A DNA stretch of 25,413 nt from a virus (Duplodnaviria > Caudoviricetes), in IMG/VR virus record IMGVR_UViG_3300027845_000048, positions 1-25,413 of that record, one strand, 5' to 3'. Every line of letters begins with the position of its first letter. The stretch's first letter is position 1. Both the position numbers and the translations under genes were made by a program. Positions 17,066 to 25,413 of the stretch are shown in pieces. The notes under the pieces are model-generated. The model did not search any database, was not told where the DNA came from, and was given only the letters and a program-made list of their open reading frames with translations.

Positions 17066-18991
17066 ATGCCCGGCATTGACCAACAAGTACAACAGACAGT
17101 AGATCAGTTTCGTGGTAACCCGCAAGGGCTACAGAAACGCTACCAACAGAACCAACAGCTACTAGACTTGTTGGCATTGCAACGCCTGAAATCTGAAAAA
17201 GATGCGGCAGCGCGTAATATGCAGCTGCAAATGCAAACTAGCCCGCAGACTATCAAGGATCAGCGCGAGCAAGAACTCCTGCAGCGAACCAAACAAGAGA
17301 TGGCGCAGCAAGTTGGCGGCGTCATGCAGCAGCAAGCACAGCAGCAACAGAAGCGCGCGCAAGCCGTTGGCCTAGGAGGGTTAGCCAGAGCCCCACAAGC
17401 CGGTATGCCAGCACCACGCCCACAAGGCGCTCCAGCCCCACAAGGCGGCGCCCCGATGCCTAAGATGGCCGCAGGTGGTATTGTTGCGTTAGCTAAAGGC
17501 GGTGCAGTAACCGACGAAGAACTATTGCAGCGCTTGCGGTTTACAAATAATTTGGGTTCAGACAGCACTATAGATAGAGGCATACTGCGTGCAGCTAACG
17601 GGCGCCTCTCGAAAGAGGATATAACCCCGGCTATGCGGCTAGAGTTTGCGTTGCAGCAAGCCGGCCCACAAGCACGACGCGCTATAGAAAACTACAAAAC
17701 CGAGGCTCCCCAACAAAAAGCTGAAGATGCGGCGCGTGAAGCACAAAGCGCTGCTAGGGAAGAGGCTGGGGCTCAAGAGTTCCTGTCTAGTATAGGCGTA
17801 GAGCCGACAGAGGCTACAGGCATAGCTACGGGAAGTTCCCCACAGCCCCCTGCAGGTGACGATACTGTAATGCCCCAACTCCTTGCAGGTGACGATACTG
17901 TAATGGCAGGTGACGATGCTGTAGTGCCCGATGCGCCCGTCCCTACAGCCGCTGGAGGTGGTACCGACGTGGTAATGCCTACAGCTGAAGGTAACCAAGG
18001 CCTTGCCGCACCTAAAATAGTTGCACAGGCACCAGACTATAGTAAGGTAGGTGAGTCGGCCGCCGCGCTGGCTACACAGTTGGGGCTGGACAACTTGCCC
18101 ACACGAGAATCTGCCCGCGATGCTGCTCGCACCGATGCGGAGCAGTACTTAGATATTCAAGGGGATCGTGCGGCGTACGACGCGTTAATAGCAGACCGTG
18201 AGCGCATCAACAAACAAATGTTTAACCCGACTAAAGACCGTAACAGTCAGCTCATAGCCATGTTGGCGGGCGCTGCAAACACGTCCTCACTTGGTGGCGC
18301 AGGTAGAGGCATGGCACAAGCCTCCCTAGCCGCACGAGATGCGCAAGACGCGGCGCGATACGCCCGTGAGATAGATCTGCTAGGTAAGAGAGAGGGCGGC
18401 CTAGACCGCCTCAAAGAAATGCGCACTACAGCATTCGGCGCCGGACAGACAGGGGCAGAAATAAACGCCAAGGAGCGCGCTGCCGCAGCTGGCCTATACG
18501 CCGAGCTAAACGCGTCTGAACGGCAGTCGGCTGATACTCTAGTTAAGAATGCTTTGAGCGCTGACATAGCCAACTTAGACGCATTCATAGCGCAAGCCAA
18601 GATAGAGAGCGATAACGCCTTACGTACAGCTATAGAAAATAAAGGCAATAAGCAGGCCTTAATCGCCCTTAAAGGGAACCTAGCCGAGAGCGAGGCGCAA
18701 TTTATTGCAGAGACACTGGCAGATGACCCGATCATGCAACAGATGGAATTGACGGGGCAATCAGACCCAGTTGCCGCCGCTGCGTATGCCAAAGCTAGAC
18801 AGGCAAAAGCCGCTAGCCTCCGTCAAAGCTACCGTAGGGACATGAAGGCCGCGTACGACCTCATAGATCAGGAGCTCCAAGCTCTAGGTGTAGTGAACCC
18901 AATGGGTAGTAGCGGCGGGGATCTAGATACCAGCAGCTTGAATGTAGATCCTACGGATTTGCGCGATTTGCTGGCCCAATATGGCAACTAA
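17066..18991 (+). CDS. Helical Gln/Ala-rich internal virion/ejection protein
   Basis: RBS AGGAG. 641 aa with an MAAGGIVALAKGG motif and a coiled-coil-like C-terminal half. Confidence 0.65.
   Translation: MPGIDQQVQQTVDQFRGNPQGLQKRYQQNQQLLDLLALQRLKSEKDAAARNMQLQMQTSPQTIKDQREQELLQRTKQEMAQQVGGVMQQQAQQQQKRAQAVGLGGLARAPQAGMPAPRPQGAPAPQGGAPMPKMAAGGIVALAKGGAVTDEELLQRLRFTNNLGSDSTIDRGILRAANGRLSKEDITPAMRLEFALQQAGPQARRAIENYKTEAPQQKAEDAAREAQSAAREEAGAQEFLSSIGVEPTEATGIATGSSPQPPAGDDTVMPQLLAGDDTVMAGDDAVVPDAPVPTAAGGGTDVVMPTAEGNQGLAAPKIVAQAPDYSKVGESAAALATQLGLDNLPTRESARDAARTDAEQYLDIQGDRAAYDALIADRERINKQMFNPTKDRNSQLIAMLAGAANTSSLGGAGRGMAQASLAARDAQDAARYAREIDLLGKREGGLDRLKEMRTTAFGAGQTGAEINAKERAAAAGLYAELNASERQSADTLVKNALSADIANLDAFIAQAKIESDNALRTAIENKGNKQALIALKGNLAESEAQFIAETLADDPIMQQMELTGQSDPVAAAAYAKARQAKAASLRQSYRRDMKAAYDLIDQELQALGVVNPMGSSGGDLDTSSLNVDPTDLRDLLAQYGN
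17852..17926 (+). repeat. 21-nt in-frame direct repeat x3 (AGDDTVM)
   Basis: gcaggtgacgatactgtaatg at 17852 and 17885, variant copy at 17906. Confidence 0.9.
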
Positions 18992-18995
18992 ATAG

Positions 18996-19024
18996 TGCTA
19001 TACTGCCCGCTTCTTAGTAAGGTG
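18996..19024 (+). promoter_or_regulatory. Putative extended -10 sigma70 promoter and RBS for the giant gene
   Basis: TG-c-TATACT at 18996-19004 in the 38-nt intergenic gap; TAAGGTG at 19018-19024 before ATG 19030. Confidence 0.5.
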
Positions 19025-19029
19025 CTTAC

Positions 19030-22000
19030 ATGGCTACAAGACAGGAAATAGAACGCGCGTTTATCCGCGCGCAGGAAGCGGGTGACACTAGGGCCACAGA
19101 GGTACTCGGTACCGCCCTTCGCGCCGCATACGAGCGAGACAAGGCCGCTGCACAGCAAGAAGATCCATACTTAGCTTACTTGCGCTCAATGCAGCCAGCC
19201 GAAGAAGAAGCTGGATTCTTTGAGAACATCGGTACCGGCTTCGGTGCAGGGTTTGTAGGCACTGCCGAGTCTGCTTCGTTGGGGGCAGCCACTCTCTTAG
19301 AAGAGGAAGAAGAGCTTCGCGCCCGCGAAAAGATCCAATCTGTAGCTGACCGCTTCATGCCAGAAGGCGGCGATCAAGACGCTATATCATACAAAGTAGC
19401 CTCCGGCTTAGGTAGCTTAGCAGGGTTTTTAGTTCCCGCCGCTGCTGGTGTTGCTGCAAGCACTCTTGGTGCCCCTGCCGCTGTTGCTAGTGGGATAGGC
19501 TTGCTAGGTGCAGGTGCCTTGGGTGTAGGTGCTGGTGCAGGTGAGGCTAGCGAACGTGCTCGTGCTTACGGTGCTACTGAAGAAGAGCGCAATATGGCTA
19601 CCTTGCGCGGTGCTGCTATTGGTAGCTTAGAAATACTACCGCTTGGCCGTATCCTGCGTATCCCCGGCGTATCTGAGCTGGGCAAACGTATTGGCGGCGA
19701 AACTATCGAAGAAGGCGGTAGCCGTATCCGCCGTGCATTTGCTACGGGCGGTGAAGAAGCGGCTCAAGAAGCAGCTGCTGGCTTCCTGCAGAACCTCAAC
19801 GAACTTGGCTATAACGCAGAAGCTGAGCTACTAAACTCTGGCCTGATTGACGAGGCCATAGCTGGTGGTGGTGCAGGTGCAATCCTCCAAGCAGTAGTAG
19901 ATACGTTCACTAAAGGCCGTATTCGCGCACAAGAGCGAGCCAAGAATGCGCCCGGGGCTGATCTCGGCGAAGTCGATACAGAAGCAGAAGCCGCTGCACG
20001 TGCTGCAGCGCAAGAAGAGCTTGGCGAAGAACAGCTAGACATGTTCCCAGAAGAAAAAGTCGAAGCCATACAAGGCATGGGCGAGATCTCTGATGACGAA
20101 TTAGCGCAGGCACAACAATACATACAAGATAACGATTTGCCACTCGACGGTGACACCGTCCGTAGTGTCGTAGCTCAACTACGTACGCAGACCCTAGATG
20201 TAGCACCAGAAGCCACTGCAGAAGCTGAGCAACCAGTGCAACGCGACTTAGTGGATGAGATAGACGAAGCTGAGACTGCCGACATAAACCAGATGTACGC
20301 AGAGGGAGCCGCCTCCAAAGTACCTACTCCAGACCCCGAGCTGCCCATCGCTGACCAGATAGAACAGGCTCGCGGCACAGTCAATATGCTGGAAGAGCAG
20401 GCCATCGAGGCCGAAACCGGTAGCCTAGAAGAAGCACAGCTGGTAGCTCAAGCAGAGCGAGCCAGACAAAACTTGGCCGAGATAGAGAGCCGCCGTCCCG
20501 CGAAGCAGGAAGAGACTCCTGTAAATCGCGAAGAGGCTGAACTGGCGGAAAACGTACGCGCTATTGACGATACCCGTGCCTTAGAGCAGCAGCGTACTAC
20601 GGCGGAAGGTCGCGCAGCTATCCTGCAGGAGACTATTGATACTTCTAACGCTACTGACTTTAACGTACTAGCCCGCGATTTTTCAGCCCGTCTAGCAGAA
20701 GCTGGGTACGGCAACACCAGACCCACCGCACGAGAACTTATTACTGCCCGTAGAGCTTTGGCTGTAAAAGCTGCGGAGCCTGCTGCACCTAAATTAGAGC
20801 CCGCTGTAGATGAGCCTGCAAACGTAGCGCCTATAGAAGCGCAGATACCTGAGAGGCAAGCACCGCAACGTGAGCCAGAGCAAGCCTCACTGCCCGGCAT
20901 GGGGCGTAAACGTCAACCAGCTCCTGCGCAAGCTCCTGCCCCTGAAGTTGCCCCAGAAGTCACGCCAGAAATTGTGACCGCAGAGATGCTAGATGGGTTC
21001 GGCGTTAGCCCAGCTGCCCCAGTGCGTAAGCGCGTAGTGGGTAAAGATATTGCCGCACCTGAAGTGCGAGAAGCATTGATTAAGTTTGCGAATAACCCTA
21101 AAGTAGCACAACAGACGCGCCAGAACGTAACCCGCAAATTAGAGGGTACACCGGACGCGCAGTTGGAACTGTTCCAGCCTACTAGAGGAAAAGCAAAAGA
21201 TGCACCACGAACTGCCACCGTCGAACCTACAGCTGCTGTCACGCCAGAACGTGGAGCAAGCCCTGAGCCTGCTGATGTCCCTGTGGGAGGAAGAGCGCCA
21301 GAACCTGTACGAGGACGAGATACCGAGCGACCTGCTGCACCTGACCGACAAAGAGTGGACGAGCCTAAACCTGATGCTCGAGCTGCTGATGCTAGAGAAA
21401 GCACAGAGCGAGATACACTAGAGGCTAAGCCCACTGAACAACCGAAAAAGCGAACCGCCGCAACGCCCGTCGTCTCCAAAGAGGCCACAGCACGTGTCCG
21501 TGCAGCCGCAAGTAAAGCAAAAGCCAAAACTCCGGCGAAGGCCGCCAAGAAACCGGCTGAAGCTAAACCGGCTGCCGTAAAAGACGCCGATAAGCCTACA
21601 CCTGCGGCCAAGAAACCGGCTGAAGCTAAACCCGCGGCCAAGAAACCGGCTGAAGCTAAACCGGTTGCCGTAAAAGACGCCAATAAGCCTATACCTGCAA
21701 AAGAGCGCGGTAAGGCAGCTAACGAAAAGCGCATAGCCGCGGCGATACGTAGCCAAGCTAAAATCACAAAACAATTCACTAATATGGCCCCCAAAGAGCG
21801 GGCTACTAACGAAGATAAAGCCAAGATAGCTGAAGCGACTAAACGCTTTGGTGACAGAGATGATCTAGGGAAAGCAATAAGCGCTTACCTAGGGCGCTCA
21901 CAGCGTGTCGTTGACGGCCTACTGCTGGCTGTACATGACTCGGTATTTAAGACGCCGACTTTCAGTATTCGTAAAGGCACTACCTATGCAGATGTGGCGC

Positions 22001-25000
22001 AGTATGCAGGTATGGACATGGAGGCAGCGAACGAGGTATTGACTTGGGCTCGTGAGAACTTGTCCCCAGAAGCTAACAAGTTTATACGCGAACAAAAAGC
22101 GCTTGCAATTGCCGAAGCTAACCGCATCCGCTTTGGCCGTAAATCTGCAAAAATCCTTGCGGCAGACGAAGCGAAAAACGACGCCATCGCCGAAAGCGAA
22201 GTTGACGCGGCTGCAGAAGCTACTATCGACGAGCTAGACCGCCGCACAAAACTGGCTAATGACTTGTTCGATGTGGACATGGATGCCGACCCCGATGCTG
22301 GCTTAGACAAGATACTCAGCGAGTTTGGCTTCGACCTTACTACTGACGCCGTGGCTGCTAGCAGCATACCCCTACATCCGGGCGTAGTTGCGGAGCTGGA
22401 GGCAGGTAACTTAAAGGCCGCCCTAGAGCTGTTGGGCGCAACTAATCCCAACAAGATGGTGCAGAACGCTGCTAAGAAACTAGCCGGTGTCGCAGGTACT
22501 ACTAAAGTAGAGGTAGTAACTGGCCTCAAAAATGACGCAGGGCAGTCCGTAGCTGGCTTGTTCGACCCCAAAACAAACACGGTCAAGATAGACGCCGTCG
22601 AGGGCAGAAACACTCACGCACTACTGCATGAAGTAACGCACGCTGCGGCATCTGCTACCCTAGCGAACAAGAGTCATCCGCTGACTAAGCAGCTCAACAA
22701 GTTATACAACGACGTCAAAGACAAGCTGGATACCGCATACGGTTCAGTTAACTTGGACGAGTTTGTATCTGAAGCGTTCAGCAACCCAGAGTTCCGTCAG
22801 AAGCTAGCCCGTATTAACGTAGAGAGTGACAAAGCCCTGCAGCGTTTTGTTAACGCCCTACGCAACTTTATGCGGCGCCTGATTGGCGCGCCGGCCAAGC
22901 CTGCTACGTCTGCGCTAGACAAAGCGGATGCGCTTATTGACAACATACTGCACCCAGCACCCGAGTCGCGCAGTGCAGAGCAGCTGCCCCTACTGAGTTC
23001 TCCGTTTAACACCACTGCGTTGGCAGAGGCCATAGGCAAAGTCCAGAAAGATATTCGCAATCTGCCTGAAGGTTCTACGCGCCGTAACGTCGCCAAAGGA
23101 TTCTTTGACCTGTATAACAAAGTGCAGGGTGGCTATCGTTGGGTAATTAACGGCCTTATGGATACGCTGATTGTAGGCCAAGTGGCTAAAAAGTTTGGCT
23201 TCGGTAATCTTGGCATCGACCTGCATGAGGCCATACGTAAGATGCGTGGTGCCATTGAGGTAGCAGATGACGCGTTCCGCGGTAAACTACAAGAAGTAGA
23301 GCGCTGGGTATCTTCCGTTGACGCAGAGACTTTCAAAGCACTCAACGAAGTTATCTACAGTGAAGAGTACGGCTCCACTGTGTACCAAGTAGACCCTACG
23401 CTAACTAAAGCTCAGGCTGAAAAGAAATACAAAGGCCAGACTGACGAGAGTGGTAACTTGCTGATGGATGTCTGGAACGCACAGCGTGCGGACTGGAACA
23501 AGCTAGGCCCAGAAGGCCAACGCATGTATAAACTGATGCAGTCTACCTACCAAGACATGTACGCTAAGCTGCGGGACTCTGTAGGCGAGCAGATTGATGA
23601 CGTGCTGGGTAAAGGTACTGACGCAGCTGTTCGTATGCGTAAAGACGTATTTGAAGAGATGTTCGGTAAAGGCAAGATGGAGATTTACTTCCCTCTGGTG
23701 CGTACTGGCGACTTCAAGTTAGAGTACTACGACAACGGCGAGCGGATCTACCGCAGCTTTGAAAGTAAATACGACCGTGACGCAGCGCGCGAGGCTATTG
23801 AAGGTCAAGACGGTGTATCTAGCGTAGTGGTGTACAACCAAGGCGTCGGCAAAGATTACGTCAAAAACATACCGTCTAACTCGTTCATGGGAGAACTACT
23901 GAAAGTCTTAGAGGCTAACAAGGTAGACCCCAGCGTCCAAGAGCAAATGGTGCGTATGTATGTAGAAGCGCTACCAGAGACCTCATTCGCTAAATCTCTG
24001 CAACGCCGTAAGGGCGTATTTGGTTATGAGAAGAACGCGCTAGAGTCCTTCCGCCGCAAAGGCTACGACATGACTCGCCAAACTGAGCGACTGCGTGGTA
24101 ACGCCCGAATACGCGCCATCATGGCAGACATAGACGCTGTTGAAGAGCCTACGGATGCTAAGAAGAAAGATGGCTTTAATGCCATCAAGCGCGAGATGGG
24201 CGAGCGTGCAAACTTTGCAGTAAGCGGCGCCAAGAACAAACAGCTTGAGGGTTGGGCACAACTAGCTAACCAAGTGGCTTTCGTATACACCATCGGTGCA
24301 AACACCGCCTCGGCGATAGTTAACTTGTCGCAGATACCCCTGTTTGTTATGCCCATGCTCATACCCACGTACGGCGGCAAAAACGTATCGTCTGCCATAC
24401 GAGAAGCCAGCAGTATCGTAATGGGTGCTGGCGTAGGCGAGACGGGTAAAAGTAAGGCCGTTAGGTTGTATCGCAGTGGGCTAGACAGCTACTACAAGCG
24501 CAACGATGACGGCTCCTATACTGTGCGCGACGACTTAGACCTTAGCCCAGAGTTGATTAAGGAGCTTAAAGAAATTGCTCCGCTGGTTAAGGAGGCTAAA
24601 GACCAAGCACAGCTAGGTAACTCACACCTGTTTGATGTGCTGGGCCTCGACGAAGGTTCTCGCGCACAACGCTCCGGTGCGGTGCGTCGCAAGCTAGATC
24701 AGGTTACTGCCTTATCTGCGGTTATGTTTAACTCAGCGGAACGCTACAACCGGCAGGTTACGCTTCTGGCTATCTACAAGCTAGAGATGGCCAAGCTAGC
24801 AGAGTCTAACCCCAACATGTCTTTGGCGGAGCGTCAGCAGAAAGCTATCGACGTGTCTATGCACAAGACCACAGAGTATAACGGTGGCTCGCATCTCGAG
24901 ACCGCCCCACGCTTATCGCAGCAGCACATCGGGCGTATCGCGTTTATGTATAAGAGCTACGGCTTGCGTATGTATGCCACCATGCTTAACACTGCCAAGA

Positions 25001-25413
25001 TAGCTATCCAGCGTACATACCCCGGCGACAGTAAAGAAGCTATAGCAGCACGCAAAGAGGCGCGTCAGCAGTTGGCAGGTATCCACGGTACCGCTCTGTT
25101 CTTCTCGGGCATGTATGGTTTGCCTCTGTACGGCGCTATGGAGGTGTTCTTTAACTTGTTCTTGCAGGACGAAGACGAGGGTGAAGAAGATTTCAATACC
25201 GTGGTACGCAAGGCTATTGGCGAGGGGTGGTTCAAAGGGCCACTAACTGAGTTTACTGGGCTAGACATCGGTAGCCGTATGCGCCTGTCTGGCTTGTTGA
25301 TCCAAGCTAACCGCTTCAACCCAGATGCTTCTCCTGAAGAGACGTTGGTGCACCATATAGGTGGCCCAGCATGGAGCGTGGGTAGCCGCATTGCACGAGG
25401 CTACGACGACATA
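19030..25413 (+). CDS. Giant polyvalent internal virion protein (3'-truncated, >2128 aa) with zincin metallopeptidase and PLxRFG-type domains
   Basis: Manually translated: frame 1 is open from ATG 19030 (MATRQEIERAF...) to the window end with no stop. LLHEVTH at 22621-22641 plus DEFVSEAFSNPEF at 22756; YFPLVRTGD at 23686; LPETSFAKSLQRRKGVFGY; NTASAIVNLSQ. It is absent from the ORF track because it has no stop in the window. Confidence 0.9.
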   Translation, partial: MATRQEIERAFIRAQEAGDTRATEVLGTALRAAYERDKAAAQQEDPYLAYLRSMQPAEEEAGFFENIGTGFGAGFVGTAESASLGAATLLEEEEELRAREKIQSVADRFMPEGGDQDAISYKVASGLGSLAGFLVPAAAGVAASTLGAPAAVASGIGLLGAGALGVGAGAGEASERARAYGATEEERNMATLRGAAIGSLEILPLGRILRIPGVSELGKRIGGETIEEGGSRIRRAFATGGEEAAQEAAAGFLQNLNELGYNAEAELLNSGLIDEAIAGGGAGAILQAVVDTFTKGRIRAQERAKNAPGADLGEVDTEAEAAARAAAQEELGEEQLDMFPEEKVEAIQGMGEISDDELAQAQQYIQDNDLPLDGDTVRSVVAQLRTQTLDVAPEATAEAEQPVQRDLVDEIDEAETADINQMYAEGAASKVPTPDPELPIADQIEQARGTVNMLEEQAIEAETGSLEEAQLVAQAERARQNLAEIESRRPAKQEETPVNREEAELAENVRAIDDTRALEQQRTTAEGRAAILQETIDTSNATDFNVLARDFSARLAEAGYGNTRPTARELITARRALAVKAAEPAAPKLEPAVDEPANVAPIEAQIPERQAPQREPEQASLPGMGRKRQPAPAQAPAPEVAPEVTPEIVTAEMLDGFGVSPAAPVRKRVVGKDIAAPEVREALIKFANNPKVAQQTRQNVTRKLEGTPDAQLELFQPTRGKAKDAPRTATVEPTAAVTPERGASPEPADVPVGGRAPEPVRGRDTERPAAPDRQRVDEPKPDARAADARESTERDTLEAKPTEQPKKRTAATPVVSKEATARVRAAASKAKAKTPAKAAKKPAEAKPAAVKDADKPTPAAKKPAEAKPAAKKPAEAKPVAVKDANKPIPAKERGKAANEKRIAAAIRSQAKITKQFTNMAPKERATNEDKAKIAEATKRFGDRDDLGKAISAYLGRSQRVVDGLLLAVHDSVFKTPTFSIRKGTTYADVAQYAGMDMEAANEVLTWARENLSPEANKFIREQKALAIAEANRIRFGRKSAKILAADEAKNDAIAESEVDAAAEATIDELDRRTKLANDLFDVDMDADPDAGLDKILSEFGFDLTTDAVAASSIPLHPGVVAELEAGNLKAALELLGATNPNKMVQNAAKKLAGVAGTTKVEVVTGLKNDAGQSVAGLFDPKTNTVKIDAVEGRNTHALLHEVTHAAASATLANKSHPLTKQLNKLYNDVKDKLDTAYGSVNLDEFVSEAFSNPEFRQKLARINVESDKALQRFVNALRNFMRRLIGAPAKPATSALDKADALIDNILHPAPESRSAEQLPLLSSPFNTTALAEAIGKVQKDIRNLPEGSTRRNVAKGFFDLYNKVQGGYRWVINGLMDTLIVGQVAKKFGFGNLGIDLHEAIRKMRGAIEVADDAFRGKLQEVERWVSSVDAETFKALNEVIYSEEYGSTVYQVDPTLTKAQAEKKYKGQTDESGNLLMDVWNAQRADWNKLGPEGQRMYKLMQSTYQDMYAKLRDSVGEQIDDVLGKGTDAAVRMRKDVFEEMFGKGKMEIYFPLVRTGDFKLEYYDNGERIYRSFESKYDRDAAREAIEGQDGVSSVVVYNQGVGKDYVKNIPSNSFMGELLKVLEANKVDPSVQEQMVRMYVEALPETSFAKSLQRRKGVFGYEKNALESFRRKGYDMTRQTERLRGNARIRAIMADIDAVEEPTDAKKKDGFNAIKREMGERANFAVSGAKNKQLEGWAQLANQVAFVYTIGANTASAIVNLSQIPLFVMPMLIPTYGGKNVSSAIREASSIVMGAGVGETGKSKAVRLYRSGLDSYYKRNDDGSYTVRDDLDLSPELIKELKEIAPLVKEAKDQAQLGNSHLFDVLGLDEGSRAQRSGAVRRKLDQVTALSAVMFNSAERYNRQVTLLAIYKLEMAKLAESNPNMSLAERQQKAIDVSMHKTTEYNGGSHLETAPRLSQQHIGRIAFMYKSYGLRMYATMLNTAKIAIQRTYPGDSKEAIAARKEARQQLAGIHGTALFFSGMYGLPLYGAMEVFFNLFLQDEDEGEEDFNTVVRKAIGEGWFKGPLTEFTGLDIGSRMRLSGLLIQANRFNPDASPEETLVHHIGGPAWSVGSRIARGYDDI
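21076..21104 (+). promoter_or_regulatory. Putative internal sigma70 promoter upstream of the nested gene
   Basis: TTGATT (21076-21081), 17-nt spacer, TAAAGT (21099-21104). Confidence 0.35.
21200..21421 (+). CDS. Nested (+1 frame) overprinted gene, 73-aa acidic Leu-rich helical protein
   Basis: ATG preceded by AGAGGA (21184-21189) and an A-rich spacer. Protein-like amphipathic sequence ending SEIH. The host-frame codons across this interval are anomalous (Arg CGA/AGA, Gly GGA). Confidence 0.65.
   Translation: MHHELPPSNLQLLSRQNVEQALSLLMSLWEEERQNLYEDEIPSDLLHLTDKEWTSLNLMLELLMLEKAQSEIH
21541..21699 (+). repeat. AAKKPAEAKP repeats (histone H1-like tract)
   Basis: gccaagaaaccggctgaagctaaacc at 21544, 21607 and 21637; gccgtaaaagacgcc occurs twice. 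Confidence 0.9.

Noticed and set aside
13057-21699. Tandem repeats as a CRISPR array or DGR template/variable repeat
   Set aside because: All are in-frame coding repeats without unique spacers. No adenine-specific variation and no reverse transcriptase were seen.
9468-22237. Other short plus-strand out-of-frame ORFs (9468, 14804, 15143, 19643, 22052)
   Set aside because: Unlike 21200-21421, they lack the combination of RBS, protein-like composition and host-frame codon distortion.
23221-23238. Second LHE motif (LHEAIR) in the giant protein
   Set aside because: It lacks the second His, so it is not an HExxH site.
139-25391. The many minus-strand ORFs in the track (e.g. 139-696, 1590-2117, 12735-13268, 20913-21824, 21984-22613)
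   Set aside because: They are antisense shadows of long plus-strand genes with low-complexity mirror composition and no recognisable motifs.
1-25413. tRNA, rRNA, terminators, integrase or transposase
   Set aside because: None was seen. Intergenic gaps are under 40 nt and show no hairpin plus U-tract.

Overview
The window is the late (virion) region of a tailed dsDNA phage, most likely a podovirus-type aquatic phage. All credible genes are on the + strand and tightly packed, with several TAATG/ATGA/TGATG stop-start overlaps and good Shine-Dalgarno sites. Gene order: a 5'-truncated Thr/Gly/Val repeat protein; a tail fibre; a 20-repeat 'LSTAWD' beta-propeller; a tail-fibre assembly chaperone; a lysis block (XhlA-like membrane protein, 3-TM holin, HTH-calcineurin-like metallophosphoesterase, LECT2-like M23 peptidase); a small Zn-ribbon protein; a tail hub/nozzle-like protein and a needle-like partner; four low-complexity internal/ejection proteins; and a giant ORF missing from the supplied track (19030 to >25413, >2128 aa, open to the window end). 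The giant ORF is a polyvalent protein with an HExxH zincin peptidase, a PLxRFG-type domain, beta-clamp-type QLxLF motifs and a histone-H1-like tract. The most striking signal is a 73-aa gene overprinted in the +1 frame inside the giant gene (21200-21421). It has its own RBS, a plausible internal sigma70 promoter, and a sharp local codon anomaly in the host frame. All family assignments are from motif recognition by eye; no database search was run.
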